From Candidatus Woesearchaeota archaeon (GTDB taxonomy: Archaea > Nanobdellota > Nanobdellia > SCGC-AAA011-G17 > PNOQ01), in the NCBI GenBank assembly GCA_964596705.1, contig CAZQVG010000001.1, positions 14,969 to 78,968 of the forward strand: 64,000 bases of DNA. The letters run 5' to 3'. Made by a program: the position numbers and the translations under genes. Shown one piece after another: positions 48,261-58,607 of this stretch (position 1 is its first letter; each line of letters begins with the position of its first letter). Under the pieces are notes generated by a model. The model did no database searches, had not been told where the DNA came from, and saw nothing but the letters and a program-made list of their open reading frames with translations.

Positions 48261-50570
48261 TTATGGATAGTTAAATAATGAGGTTTGAGTAGAACCTTTA
48301 ATTAAATCCTCAAATTTTGTGTTAAAAAAAGATAATACAGTATCTGCTATTGGTTTTATTTGTTTTTCTATGTAATGATCGTAATCAATTTTGTGCTTCT
48401 GATTTTGGATTGGTTCTGGACCCTCGGTTGTTATGTAATATTCTATTGTGCTCGATTCTATTTTTTTCAGTTTTCTTGCCGCTTTTACATGAGGGGGGGT
48501 TGTTTTTGTATAGTCCTCTACAGATTTTCTTAAAGATTTTTTATATACTAATTCTTTATCATATTTCCCAGATTTGATATCTTCAACAAATTTTTTGATG
48601 AATTTTGTAGGGTCTTCATTGTGGAAAATTTTATTATACAATTCTTTTTGAAAGATTTTTGCTGCTTCTGTCCAATCTGAACGTACAGTTTCTAATCCCA
48701 CGAATTCTATTTGTTCTTTATTTCCTTTTTTTAGTAAGCCTGCATACCTCTTCTTAGCACCAACTTCCCCGCCACGAATTTTAGGCATTAAGAATTTTAT
48801 GTAGCATTTCTCATATTCTAATTCAAGGTAACTTTGTCGGTTATATCTCTTCTTTATTGTTTCTTTGTAATATTTGTTTATTTCTTTCTCTAGTTTTTTA
48901 CCAGTCTTCTCTGCCTTTTCATAAGAATCTAGTTTTGTATTTACAAATACAGAATCTGTATCTGAGTATATTACTTCATGTCCTTTGTCTTCTATTAAAT
49001 GTGCAGTCTGTTTTATTAATTCTTGTCCGAAATGAGTTATTGCATTTGCAATTTTTATATTATAAAATCTACACATTGGATTTGCAAGAACTCCAAAAAA
49101 TGAGTTCATCAATATTTTTATTGCATACCTTGCCAATTCATTTTTCTGTTTTCTTGCTTTTTCTCTAGAGGCCCAAAGGTTCTGGATGATTTGAGGAAGT
49201 ATCCCCTCTTTATTATCAAAATATGCTTTATTTGGAGATTCTATTGCTCCTTTTTTCTTTTTTTCAAGGTATGAAGCAGGATCTATATTGAAAGTTCTTA
49301 TAACAGAAGGATATAGAGATTTGAAATCGAGAACAATTAAATTATTATACAATCCTGGTTTTGATTGCATTACATAGCCCCCTTTTATTCTAGTTTCTCT
49401 TTCAGGATTTAGTATTGTTGGACAAACTAATTTTCTTTTTCTTGCTTCTTGTAAATATAAGAAATCTAAGGATGCTATAGAAGAGTTTACTTTATCTAGA
49501 CTCATGCCAGTTAAAAGGGACCTTTGAATAGCTAAATTGACTAAATCTGCTTCTGTTATTATTTTATATGCTAGTTCTGCATCTAAAAGATTATATTTTA
49601 TTAAATTTTTAGGATCTTCTTTGTATAGTCTATCTATTTCTTCATATTTTTCAATTCCAGTAGCAGTTATTAGTTTTCTTTTTCCAAGCAGCTCTTCTGC
49701 AGCATTGTCTAATTTGTAACTATCTAATTTTATGAATGAAGATTTTGTTAAGTCTATTCCATCTAAAACAACTCTGCCAGATATATCTGCTTTGCTTGTT
49801 CTAAAGAAATCTGATTCTATTCTTAGTTTAGATAAGGTGTTGTCCCTTCCAAGATTAAAGGGGATTTTATACTTCTTGAATCTATCTTTTAATAATTTTA
49901 AATCAAAATCAATAACGTTCCAACCAGTAATTATATCTGGATCAAAATCTAGTAATTCTTGTTTGAATTCTTCTAACAATTCTTCCTCTGTTTTGCATGA
50001 AATTGCATTAGGTATTTTTTTATCTGAAACAATAAAGGATTTTTTATAATCTTTAGAGTATGAAGAAATACAGTATATTTTATTTGTTTTTTTATCTGAT
50101 TCTATATCTATCGAGACTATCTTTAGGTTTTTTGGAGTGTAATTCGCAGGTTTTATTTCTGGATTTGTATATATCCTATCAATTTCTTCAGAGAGATCAT
50201 AATCTCCTTCTATATCTAATGACCCTTGAATGTTGTGGTCAATTAAGAATCTTAGGGGGTATCTTATGTCCGATTCATATGTTTTTATTTTAGAATGCTC
50301 AAATGAGGACCTTAAGGTTGGAACCTCTTTAGGAGAATCCAAGATTATTTTTGTAACAGGTTCTTTGTTAAATGTAGTTAGGTCTGTTTCTTCATATTCA
50401 AAATCATCGATATTTTTAGCTTTTTTTAGATCTTTTGTTTTAATAAAGAAATAAGGTTTAAATTCATTTATTGTTAAAAAAGATTGCCCATTTTCCAGTC
50501 TTCCATATAACAAGACACAAGATTTTCCAGAAATTATTTTGTAAGTTGAATAAATGATGAATCCTTTCAT
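48261..50570 (-). CDS. polB: family B DNA polymerase (PolB), compact, intein-free
   Basis: Exo I VSIDIESD; motif A DFKSLYPSVI; motif B KILMNSFFGVLAN; motif C VIYSDTDSVF; 769 aa. Confidence 0.9.
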   Translation of the reverse strand: MKGFIIYSTYKIISGKSCVLLYGRLENGQSFLTINEFKPYFFIKTKDLKKAKNIDDFEYEETDLTTFNKEPVTKIILDSPKEVPTLRSSFEHSKIKTYESDIRYPLRFLIDHNIQGSLDIEGDYDLSEEIDRIYTNPEIKPANYTPKNLKIVSIDIESDKKTNKIYCISSYSKDYKKSFIVSDKKIPNAISCKTEEELLEEFKQELLDFDPDIITGWNVIDFDLKLLKDRFKKYKIPFNLGRDNTLSKLRIESDFFRTSKADISGRVVLDGIDLTKSSFIKLDSYKLDNAAEELLGKRKLITATGIEKYEEIDRLYKEDPKNLIKYNLLDAELAYKIITEADLVNLAIQRSLLTGMSLDKVNSSIASLDFLYLQEARKRKLVCPTILNPERETRIKGGYVMQSKPGLYNNLIVLDFKSLYPSVIRTFNIDPASYLEKKKKGAIESPNKAYFDNKEGILPQIIQNLWASREKARKQKNELARYAIKILMNSFFGVLANPMCRFYNIKIANAITHFGQELIKQTAHLIEDKGHEVIYSDTDSVFVNTKLDSYEKAEKTGKKLEKEINKYYKETIKKRYNRQSYLELEYEKCYIKFLMPKIRGGEVGAKKRYAGLLKKGNKEQIEFVGLETVRSDWTEAAKIFQKELYNKIFHNEDPTKFIKKFVEDIKSGKYDKELVYKKSLRKSVEDYTKTTPPHVKAARKLKKIESSTIEYYITTEGPEPIQNQKHKIDYDHYIEKQIKPIADTVLSFFNTKFEDLIKGSTQTSLFNYP

Positions 50571-50622
50571 ATTATTTATTTTATTGGTTAGGTTTTTAAA
50601 TGTTTATTATCTAATAAATTTT

Positions 50623-51486
50623 ATGGATGATTGGGTAAAAGCAGGAGAGCTTGCTTCTGAAGCAAGAAATTTTGGAGAAAAACTAGTAAAAGAAGGTGCT
50701 TCATGTAGAGAGGTTACTGAGAAAATTGAATCTAAAATCTTAGAGCTTGGGGGAGAATTGGCTTTTCCTGTTCAGCTTTCTGTGAATAATATTGCAGCAC
50801 ATTATAGTGCAAGATTGAATGAAGATTTTAATTTTAAAGAAGGGGATGTTGTAAAATTAGATTTGGGTGTGCATATCAAAGGGGCGATTGGAGATACTGC
50901 GGTAACCATTGATTTAGGGAATAATAAAAAACTTTTAGATGCTAGTAAAAATGCATTAAATGCTGCACTTGAAATAGCAAAACCTGGGGTTGAAGTTAGA
51001 GAGATTGGAAAGGTCATTTATGAAGAAATTACTTCTTTAGGTTTTCAACCAATAAGGAATCTTGGGGGCCATGGTTTAGAAAGGTGGCAAATCCATACTG
51101 CACCAAGCATCCCAAATTTTGATAATGGAGATAAAACTAAATTAAAGAAAGGCCAGATCATTGCAATTGAGCCGTTTGCGAGTAGTGGAGAGGGATTAGT
51201 AAAGGAAGGAAAACCCTCTGAAATATATAATATTGAGAGTATAAAGAATGTAAGGGATACCAATGCAAGAAAGATCTTTAAATTTGTAAGTGAAAAATAT
51301 AAAACATTGCCTTTTGCTAAAAGACAGTTGCCTTTTAATAAACTCCAATTGTCTGTTGGATTGAATGTTCTAAAAAGGGAAAAAATTTTATATGAATATC
51401 CGGTTTTGCCTGAAAAGAGAGATGATTGTTTAGTTAGCCAACATGAGCATACTTTGATTGTTGGTGAAAAAATAACTACAGAATGA
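50623..51486 (+). CDS. map: methionine aminopeptidase type 2 (archaeal MAP)
   Basis: MDDWVKAGELASEAR..., pita-bread fold metal ligands. The ORF-track start at 50554 probably over-extends; the TATA-like TTTTTAAATG lies upstream. Confidence 0.85.
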   Translation: MDDWVKAGELASEARNFGEKLVKEGASCREVTEKIESKILELGGELAFPVQLSVNNIAAHYSARLNEDFNFKEGDVVKLDLGVHIKGAIGDTAVTIDLGNNKKLLDASKNALNAALEIAKPGVEVREIGKVIYEEITSLGFQPIRNLGGHGLERWQIHTAPSIPNFDNGDKTKLKKGQIIAIEPFASSGEGLVKEGKPSEIYNIESIKNVRDTNARKIFKFVSEKYKTLPFAKRQLPFNKLQLSVGLNVLKREKILYEYPVLPEKRDDCLVSQHEHTLIVGEKITTE

Positions 51487-52412
51487 AATTCAAATCTAAA
51501 ATATTTTTGGCACCTATGGCAGATGTAACTGAAGCTGCTTTTAGAATTTTATGTTCTAAATATGGTGCAGGGTTAACATATACAGAAATGATTTCTAGCA
51601 CCGCTTTAGCAAGAAATGAAAAAAACAAGTTATTTGATGTGAAAGAAATAGAAAAGCCTATTGCAGTACAATTAATGGGAAATAATTTAAAAGATATAAA
51701 AAAGGCAGTTGAAATTGTGCAAGATAAAGTCGATCTAATTGATTTCAATATGGGTTGCCCTATGAAAAAAATTGTTGAGAATGGTGCAGGGGCAGCATTA
51801 TTAAAAAACCCTGAAAAGGTTAGAAAGATTGTTAGGGTTTTGGTTGAGAGCAGTGAAAAACCTGTTTCAATAAAGATTAGATCTGGGTGGGATGCAAAAT
51901 CAATAAATGCTTTAGAAATCGCAAAGATAATTGAAGAAGAAGGAGCATCTATGATCACAATTCACCCAAAAACAAGATCTCAAATTAGATCTGGAAGTGC
52001 AGATTGGAGTTTAATAAAAAAAATAAAAGAAGAAGTTAATATTCCAGTTATAGGCAATGGAGAAGTAAAAACTCCTGAAGATGTGAAAAGGATGTTTGAT
52101 GAAACTGGTTGCGATTATGTGATGATTGGAAGAGCAGCTTCAAAAAATCCATATATTTTCAAGCAGGCTAAAGAATACCTAAAAGATGGAAAGTATGGTG
52201 AAGTAGATAAAAAAAAGATTTTAGAGGAATATCTAAAATTGGCTGAAAGATATAACTCTGATCTAAAATATATTAAGCTGCACGTTATTTATATGACTCG
52301 GGGGTTTGAAGGAAGTTCTAGATTAAGAGCAAAAATTTCTAGATTAAAAACAATAAAAGAAATAAAAGAGGTTGTTAGAGATATTATTATCCCATATAAC
52401 TCATCTCTTTAA
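51483..52412 (+). CDS. dus: tRNA-dihydrouridine synthase (Dus family)
   Basis: IFLAPMADVTEAAFR, TIM-barrel FMN blocks, catalytic Cys region (NMGCP). Confidence 0.8.
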   Translation: MKFKSKIFLAPMADVTEAAFRILCSKYGAGLTYTEMISSTALARNEKNKLFDVKEIEKPIAVQLMGNNLKDIKKAVEIVQDKVDLIDFNMGCPMKKIVENGAGAALLKNPEKVRKIVRVLVESSEKPVSIKIRSGWDAKSINALEIAKIIEEEGASMITIHPKTRSQIRSGSADWSLIKKIKEEVNIPVIGNGEVKTPEDVKRMFDETGCDYVMIGRAASKNPYIFKQAKEYLKDGKYGEVDKKKILEEYLKLAERYNSDLKYIKLHVIYMTRGFEGSSRLRAKISRLKTIKEIKEVVRDIIIPYNSSL

Positions 52413-54690
52413 TTGCTGCCCCTCTTGCTGTACGAAGGAATTGTTCCTCTATTCTTTTGTATTTTTCCATATCTTTCTCTGTTACGGATGCATAAACTTT
52501 CTTTAATGCTTCTTCGAAATGTTTCATTTTTACTTCAGTTGCCTTAATGTTTTCTCTTAATGCAAGCATTGCAGCCTCTCTACATAATGCTGCAAGATCT
52601 GATCCTGTGAAATATTCTGTTTTTTCTGCTAATTTGGTTAGACTTACATCTTTCGTCAAAGGCATTGATTTTGTGTGCACCTCTAATATCTTCTTTCTTG
52701 ACTTTTTATCTGGGATTGGGGCCATCATTATCCTATCAAATCTTCCAGGCCTTAATAATGCAGGATCAATTAGGTCTGGCCTATTTGTTGCTGCTATAAC
52801 TACGACGTCATTTAACTCTTCTAACCCATCCATCTCAGTCAATAATTGATTTACCATTCTTTCAGTTGCTTTTGATCCAACATCTTGTCCCCTTATTGAA
52901 GCGATGGAATCTATTTCATCAAAGAAAATTATTGTAGGGGATGCTTGTCTTGCCTTTTCAAATATTTTCCTTATTCCTTTTTCAGATTCTCCTATCCACA
53001 TAGATATCAGCTCTGGTCCCTTAACAGATATAAAGTTAGCTTCTGCTTCATTAGCAACTGCTTTTGCCAATAGAGTTTTACCTGTACCTGGAGGGCCGTA
53101 TAACAATACTCCTTTTGGTGCCTTAATTCCTAATCTCTTAAATGCATCTGCATGTTTAAGTGGCCATTCCACAACTTCTTGTAACTCTTGTTTTATTTTA
53201 TCTAATCCACCTATATCTTCCCAATTAACATTTGGTTTCTCCACTAAAACCTCTCTCATTGCAGAAGGTCTTACTAATTTCAATGATTCTCTGAAATCTT
53301 CTTCGGTTATTCGTAATTTTGATAAAAATTCTTTAGGAACCTCTTCTTTATCTTTTAGATTTAATTTAGGTAGGTTCCTCCTTAAGACATTCATTGCAGC
53401 TTCTTTTGCCAATGCTTGTAAATCTGCACCGACAAATCCATGAGTAATCCTTGCAATTTCTTCTAAATCAACATTTTTGTCTAGAGGCATATTTCTTGTA
53501 TGAATTTTTAATATTTCTAGTCTGCCCTTTTGATCTGGTACACCAAAGGTGATTTCTCTATCAAACCTTCCTGGACGTCTTAATGCTTCATCTAAAGAGT
53601 TTGGACGGTTTGTTGCTCCAATTACAACTACGTTAGCCCTTTTATTTAAACCATCCATCATAGTCAATAGTTGTGCTACTACCCTACGTTCTACTTCTCC
53701 GTGAGTTTCTTCTCTTTTTGGTGCAATTGCATCTATTTCATCTATAAAAATTATAGAAGGTGCTTTTTCTGCAGCTTCTTCAAATATTTGTCTAATTCTC
53801 TTTTCAGATTCTCCATAAAACTTATTCATAATTTCCGGTCCGTTAACCAAGATAAAGTTAGCTTCTGCTTCATTAGCAACTGCTTTTGCCAATAGAGTTT
53901 TACCTGTACCTGGAGGGCCGTGTAAAAGTACGCCTGCAGGAGGTTCAATACCTAAAGTTCTGAATATCTCTGGATGTTTCATTGGAAGCTCTACCATTTC
54001 TCTAATTTTCTTTATTTCCTCAGACAATCCTCCGATATCTTCATAAGTAACATCTGGTACAGGAGCTTCTTCTGAAACTTCCATTGCTTTTGGATTTAAT
54101 TTCAAGGAGGTGTTTTCTGTGATTATGATTGGTCCACTTGGATTAGAATCTGCTACAACAAATTTTATAGAACCAATTGTACCCATAAATCCAGTACTCA
54201 TGCCTTCCATAATACTTTCAAATTGTTCAAAAATCTCCTCAAATGGGCTGCCTGTTCGTCTAAATGTTTTCCTTCTTCTCGTTGTACCACCTAAAGAAAT
54301 TATATCTCCTTTAACAACAACTCTACCAAGCAAACTTCTCTTTATTGCTTCTGGATCTGCTTGAATCATTATACCTTTTTGAGAAGGAGCAATTGTGATC
54401 TTTTTTGCTTCTTTTACTTCTGTTTTTCTTACTTTAACTTGTTCTCCGATTCCAGTTTTTGCATTCCTTCTTAGAATCCCATCCATTCTAATGACAGGTT
54501 CTCCTACATCAGTAGGATATGCACGGTCTACAATTCCGACAGTTTTTCTTTTTCCTTCAATCTCAACTATATCGCCAGGTCTTACTCCAATTTCTTTCAT
54601 ATATTGAGAATCAATTCTAACTATTCCTTTGTATGCTTCTTCTTGCATTGCTTCCATTACCCTTAAATTAACTTCTTTATTTTTTGCCAT
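52387..54690 (-). CDS. cdc48: CDC48/VCP-like AAA+ ATPase (two AAA domains)
   Basis: N-domain, then D1 and D2 each with GPPGTGKT and DEID Walker motifs; 767 aa. Confidence 0.9.
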   Translation of the reverse strand: MAKNKEVNLRVMEAMQEEAYKGIVRIDSQYMKEIGVRPGDIVEIEGKRKTVGIVDRAYPTDVGEPVIRMDGILRRNAKTGIGEQVKVRKTEVKEAKKITIAPSQKGIMIQADPEAIKRSLLGRVVVKGDIISLGGTTRRRKTFRRTGSPFEEIFEQFESIMEGMSTGFMGTIGSIKFVVADSNPSGPIIITENTSLKLNPKAMEVSEEAPVPDVTYEDIGGLSEEIKKIREMVELPMKHPEIFRTLGIEPPAGVLLHGPPGTGKTLLAKAVANEAEANFILVNGPEIMNKFYGESEKRIRQIFEEAAEKAPSIIFIDEIDAIAPKREETHGEVERRVVAQLLTMMDGLNKRANVVVIGATNRPNSLDEALRRPGRFDREITFGVPDQKGRLEILKIHTRNMPLDKNVDLEEIARITHGFVGADLQALAKEAAMNVLRRNLPKLNLKDKEEVPKEFLSKLRITEEDFRESLKLVRPSAMREVLVEKPNVNWEDIGGLDKIKQELQEVVEWPLKHADAFKRLGIKAPKGVLLYGPPGTGKTLLAKAVANEAEANFISVKGPELISMWIGESEKGIRKIFEKARQASPTIIFFDEIDSIASIRGQDVGSKATERMVNQLLTEMDGLEELNDVVVIAATNRPDLIDPALLRPGRFDRIMMAPIPDKKSRKKILEVHTKSMPLTKDVSLTKLAEKTEYFTGSDLAALCREAAMLALRENIKATEVKMKHFEEALKKVYASVTEKDMEKYKRIEEQFLRTARGAAIKEMSYMG

Positions 54691-54692
54691 TT

Positions 54693-55052
54693 TTATTCCT
54701 CCAAAAATTTTCTAAAGTATAAACTAAGCTTTCCCGGTGCTTCCAATGAAAGCCTCAATATTTTATCTACCTCTTTTTCTAATTGAGCAAACCTCTCTTC
54801 AAAATCAATTATTTCACGGGGGATGGTTACTGAAAAACTATTGCCTACCATCCTTAATTTAACATTAAACGTTCTTTTCTTGAGACTCTTAAACTCTTCA
54901 TACTCTTTAAGATCTATTGGATGATACCACCTTTGTTTACATTTTGGACACTCAAAAAATCTCAATCTAAATCCGTCCCTTAATTGATAACTTTTCTTTG
55001 TTTTTACATTACATTTATTACAATATACTTCTGCATCAAACAAATCTTTCAT
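54693..55052 (-). CDS. Zn-ribbon plus AbrB/SpoVT-type swapped-hairpin DNA-binding protein (putative regulator)
   Basis: CNKCN...CPKCK zinc ribbon followed by VKLRMVGNSFSVTIPREI (AbrB/MazE-like). Start chosen at MKDLFD, with a TTTATATA TATA box about 30 nt upstream. Stop is 3 nt from the cdc48 start. Confidence 0.5.
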   Translation of the reverse strand: MKDLFDAEVYCNKCNVKTKKSYQLRDGFRLRFFECPKCKQRWYHPIDLKEYEEFKSLKKRTFNVKLRMVGNSFSVTIPREIIDFEERFAQLEKEVDKILRLSLEAPGKLSLYFRKFLEE

Positions 55053-55175
55053 TTTCGTATACACATTATGTATATACATCTTGTATATAAATGTTTTGGT
55101 TTTTATAAACCCCCATTCAAAACATTTAAAAATCAAAAAATCAAAATTAGAATATAAATTTAAAGGAGGTAAAAA

Positions 55176-55508
55176 ATGGCAAAGAAGGGAAATAGCACAG
55201 TTGGCAGTTGGGCATTCTTGCTTGGTGTTATATTAGCAGTAATTTTAGCGTTTGTAGGAAGTTTAGCTTCTTTAGCATGGTTATTAGTGCTTTTGGGTAT
55301 AATTATTGGTTTATTCAACATTAGTGCAAAGGAAACACAAAGATTTTTGTTTGCAGGGACAGTATTAGTTATTGTAGGTGCATTTGCAGGAAGTACTTTA
55401 TCTAGCATCATGTATTTAACTGGAATATTTAGCAACTTAGTTGCATTATTTGCACCAGCAACAATCGTAGTTGCCCTTAAATCTGTGTTTGAAATTGCAA
55501 GAAGATAA
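55176..55508 (+). CDS. small membrane protein (3 TM)
   Basis: 110 aa; strong SD AAAGGAGGT 6 nt upstream of the ATG; three hydrophobic helices. Confidence 0.5.
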   Translation: MAKKGNSTVGSWAFLLGVILAVILAFVGSLASLAWLLVLLGIIIGLFNISAKETQRFLFAGTVLVIVGAFAGSTLSSIMYLTGIFSNLVALFAPATIVVALKSVFEIARR

Positions 55509-55572
55509 TTCTTCTTCTTTATTTTTTTTATTTTAAGCAATTTTTTTAAAGTTCAATTACTTTCAATTTATA

Positions 55573-56211
55573 ATGATTAGTTCGCGAGACAAAAATTTCG
55601 ATAGTTTCTTAGGTGGAGGATTTAAAGAAAATATTTATCTTGTATTTGGACCATCTGCCACTGGAAAAACAACTTTATGCTTGCAATCTGCATTAAATTC
55701 TATTGAACAAAATAAAAAGATTTTGTTTGTTGATTGTGAAGGGGGTTTTTCTATTGAAAGGATAAGGCAAATGAAAAAAGAGTTTGATGCAGAAATTTTA
55801 AATAATTTGATAGTTATTCGGCTAAACGATTTTGATCAACAGTATAAATTTTTCCAAGATTTAGAAAAAATAATTGAAGAAGGGGATTTCGATTTTTTAA
55901 TAATTGATACAATTGGAAAACATTATCGGAAAGAAATCCAAGAAAATAATCACTTGGAAATAAATGAAAAGATGGTAACGATGTTGAGGAGCCTAAAACA
56001 TATAAAGATCAATAGAAATATCCCTATTCTAATGACAAATCAAGTTTACAGTGATTTAGAAGGAAATATAAAAAATGTTGGTGGAAAGATGATAGAAAAT
56101 TTTGGAGAAGTTATAGTTGAATTAAAGAAAGATCCAAGGAAAGCCATAATGATGAAACCTGAAAAAAAAGAGATTTATTTTAAGATAACAGAATTAGGAA
56201 TTGTTGTTTGA
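55573..56211 (+). CDS. radB: RadB-like RecA-superfamily ATPase (RadA paralog/KaiC-like)
   Basis: FD.FLGGG....L.FGPSATGKTTLCLQ Walker A, Walker B FLIIDTIG, about 212 aa. Confidence 0.65.
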   Translation: MISSRDKNFDSFLGGGFKENIYLVFGPSATGKTTLCLQSALNSIEQNKKILFVDCEGGFSIERIRQMKKEFDAEILNNLIVIRLNDFDQQYKFFQDLEKIIEEGDFDFLIIDTIGKHYRKEIQENNHLEINEKMVTMLRSLKHIKINRNIPILMTNQVYSDLEGNIKNVGGKMIENFGEVIVELKKDPRKAIMMKPEKKEIYFKITELGIVV

Positions 56212-58263
56212 ATTATTTTTCCAATTCTCTTTTTCCGGGCAATCTGGATTTAAACAAAGATTCCAAGGGCGTTTTCCTTTTCTTATTATTGTGACTATTG
56301 GGAAACCATCATGTTTGCACAATTTGTCTGTGGGCTTAACCAACCCTTGTTGAGGCAAACTATAGGTGGTCTTACAATCTGGATATCTATCACAAGCCAC
56401 AAATCGTTTTTTTGTTTTTTTAGAGTATATTATTCTTAATGTTCCTTTTTTACAAACAGGACAGACCCCAATTTCATTTGCTTTTTGTTTTGCTTCTTTT
56501 GATGCTTCTGAAAGATCTGCACCTATTTCTTTTTCGTGTTTCTTGAATTTATCTAAAATTTTTGTAAGAACCTTTTTTGCGTTCTCAATCACTTTTTCTT
56601 TTTTTAATTTTCCTTCCCTTATCTCTTCCATGTCTGCTTCAAATTCCCTGGTTAGTTTTTCATCTATTATCTCTGGAGAATATTTTTTCAAAGTTCTAAT
56701 CAGTTTTATTCCAAGTTCTGTTGCTTCAATTGGTTGGTTTTGGATGTAATTTCTTTCATATAAAGTATCTAAAATTAATGCTCTTGTTGCTTTTGTTCCC
56801 AAATTTCTTTTTTCTAACTCTTTTATTATTGAAGCTTGAGTATATCTTTTTGGAGGTTGTGTTTCTTTATCTTCCTTGAATATCTTTTTTACATCTATTT
56901 CATCTCCTTCAATCATAATTGGTATTTCTTCTTCTTTGAATTTTGCGTATTTGCCATATAAGGTGTGCCATCCAGGTTCGATAGTTGTTGTTCCATTCAA
57001 TATGAAGATTTCTTTGTCGATTTCTAACTCTATAGAGGTGGTTTGTCTCTTTGCTGGTTCTCCGAATACTGCAAGAAAACGTCTAACAATTAAATCATAA
57101 AGTTGTGCTTTTTTTCCAGAAAGAGATGCTTTTTCACCTGTTGGGTAAATGGCTGGGTGTGCAGGATCTTTCTTTTTTCCCTCAGTTGGTTTTAAGTCTC
57201 CCTTTAGAAGTTGTTCGCATGAGCTGGAATATTCTTTTTGTTTTTGTAATTCTTTTAGAATCTTCTTAAAATCTATTGTATTGGGCAATTTTTGAGAGCT
57301 TGTTCTTGGATAAGAAATGAGTCCTGCAATGTATAACTCTTGAGCTAGATTTGAGGTATCTTTCGGAGTCAATCTTAGGTGTTTGAATGCCTCTGTTTGT
57401 AAAGTTGTAAGATCAAAAGGTACAGGAGGGGATTGTTTTGTTGTTCTTTTTTTGATGGATTTTGCTATTGCTTTTTTTGATTTTATTTTGTCTAATATTT
57501 TTTTTACTTTTTCTTCATCAAAAATTTTATCTTCTTTATGTTTAGCTAGAATTTTTTCTTTTTTATGTCTCCCATCTAAATAAATTTCCCAATATTTTTC
57601 AGGTTTGAATTTTTTTATTTCTTCTTCTCTATTTACAATTATATGCAATGCTGGACCTTGTACCCTACCTGTTGAAAGAACCTGAAAATAGCCTTGAGCA
57701 GATTTTATAGCAGAACTTAATGCTTTTGTAAGATTTATACCATAAAACCAATCTAGGTGATGTCTGGTTATTCCTGCATCTATCATTCCAAAATCAAGAT
57801 CTTTTTGTGCAGATTTATAGGATTGAACTAGTTCTTCTTTAGTTAGTGTTGAGAATTTCATACGTTTTGCATTATCTTTCCCCAACCCATATTTAACAAC
57901 AGTGTATCCTATTACAGAACCCTCTATATCATAATCTGTAGCAACAGTAATCGAATCTGTTTTTTTAGCTAATTGTTTTAATAAAGATAGATAAGCTTTG
58001 GTATAATTAGCAGATTTTTCAATTTCGTATTTTGGTTTCCAAGAAATATCAAAAGTTGGATATTCGGACCACGGAGTTTTTTTATTTTCTGTTAACCCAA
58101 ATAAATGACCGACTGCACAACCCACATAGATCTTTTTTCCTTTGTGGGTAATTTCATAATAAACTGCCTTGCCTTTTGTATTTTTTATTGGTTTATTGTC
58201 TGAGAGCGCAGTTGCTATTTTTAATGCCGCTTGTGGTTTTTCAGTGATTATTAATTCAGTCAT
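56194..58263 (-). CDS. topA: DNA topoisomerase IA (TopA/Topo III-like) with C-terminal zinc ribbons
   Basis: Toprim LIITEKP, active-site region GITRHHLDWF...GPALH, C-terminal CPVCKKGTL...CDRYPDCK and a second Cys4 ribbon. Confidence 0.8.
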   Translation of the reverse strand: MTELIITEKPQAALKIATALSDNKPIKNTKGKAVYYEITHKGKKIYVGCAVGHLFGLTENKKTPWSEYPTFDISWKPKYEIEKSANYTKAYLSLLKQLAKKTDSITVATDYDIEGSVIGYTVVKYGLGKDNAKRMKFSTLTKEELVQSYKSAQKDLDFGMIDAGITRHHLDWFYGINLTKALSSAIKSAQGYFQVLSTGRVQGPALHIIVNREEEIKKFKPEKYWEIYLDGRHKKEKILAKHKEDKIFDEEKVKKILDKIKSKKAIAKSIKKRTTKQSPPVPFDLTTLQTEAFKHLRLTPKDTSNLAQELYIAGLISYPRTSSQKLPNTIDFKKILKELQKQKEYSSSCEQLLKGDLKPTEGKKKDPAHPAIYPTGEKASLSGKKAQLYDLIVRRFLAVFGEPAKRQTTSIELEIDKEIFILNGTTTIEPGWHTLYGKYAKFKEEEIPIMIEGDEIDVKKIFKEDKETQPPKRYTQASIIKELEKRNLGTKATRALILDTLYERNYIQNQPIEATELGIKLIRTLKKYSPEIIDEKLTREFEADMEEIREGKLKKEKVIENAKKVLTKILDKFKKHEKEIGADLSEASKEAKQKANEIGVCPVCKKGTLRIIYSKKTKKRFVACDRYPDCKTTYSLPQQGLVKPTDKLCKHDGFPIVTIIRKGKRPWNLCLNPDCPEKENWKNNSNNNS

Positions 58264-58332
58264 AAAGATAAATGCTCAAAGGTAGGTTATATAAATGTTT
58301 CTAAGTGAATCTTGCTGTAACAATTATATGGT

Positions 58333-58602
58333 TTATGCTTTTCTTTTTCTCTCAAATTGTTCTGCACACTCTTCTGAACAAAAGGTATACACCTCTCCAT
58401 CAAATTCTTTTTCTATGTGACTTCTTCCTAAGATTTGTTTACAATTGTCGCAGTATGCCATATCTGCATCGCTTTCATATCCCCTCATGAATCCTTCTTC
58501 ACCTTCCTCTATTTCATCATTCTCTGCTAATTCTTCTCTTGCCCCTTCTGCATATACATCGTAGTCTTCTTCTATTCCTTCCCCTAAAAATTCTTCATCC
58601 AT
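58333..58602 (-). CDS. acidic protein with C-terminal TRASH/L24e-like zinc-binding domain
   Basis: About 45 acidic residues, then YCDNCKQ...FCSEECAEQF (C-x2-C...FCS-x2-C TRASH motif). Starts 6 nt after the serS stop. Confidence 0.5.
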   Translation of the reverse strand: MDEEFLGEGIEEDYDVYAEGAREELAENDEIEEGEEGFMRGYESDADMAYCDNCKQILGRSHIEKEFDGEVYTFCSEECAEQFERKRKA

Positions 58603-58607
58603 TTTAT

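Noticed and set aside
34042-50570. Inteins in MCM, RFC or PolB
   Set aside because: Protein lengths (675, 312/398, 769 aa) and uninterrupted catalytic motifs leave no room for intein insertions.
50554-50622. N-terminal 23-aa extension of methionine aminopeptidase (MMNPFILFILLV...) from the ORF track
   Set aside because: The extension is hydrophobic junk overlapping the divergent polB start and promoter. A conserved MetAP N-terminus begins at MDDWVK (50623).
48261-54690. Numerous 60-180-aa antisense ORFs inside polB, cdc48, ileS, mcm and the S8 protease gene
   Set aside because: They are shadow ORFs of AT-rich, long, well-supported genes. They have no independent signals.
55160-55540. 126-aa minus-strand ORF fully overlapping the 110-aa plus-strand membrane protein gene
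   Set aside because: The plus-strand ORF has a textbook SD (AAAGGAGGT) and clean TM helices. The antisense ORF is its mirror-image hydrophobic shadow and has no start context.
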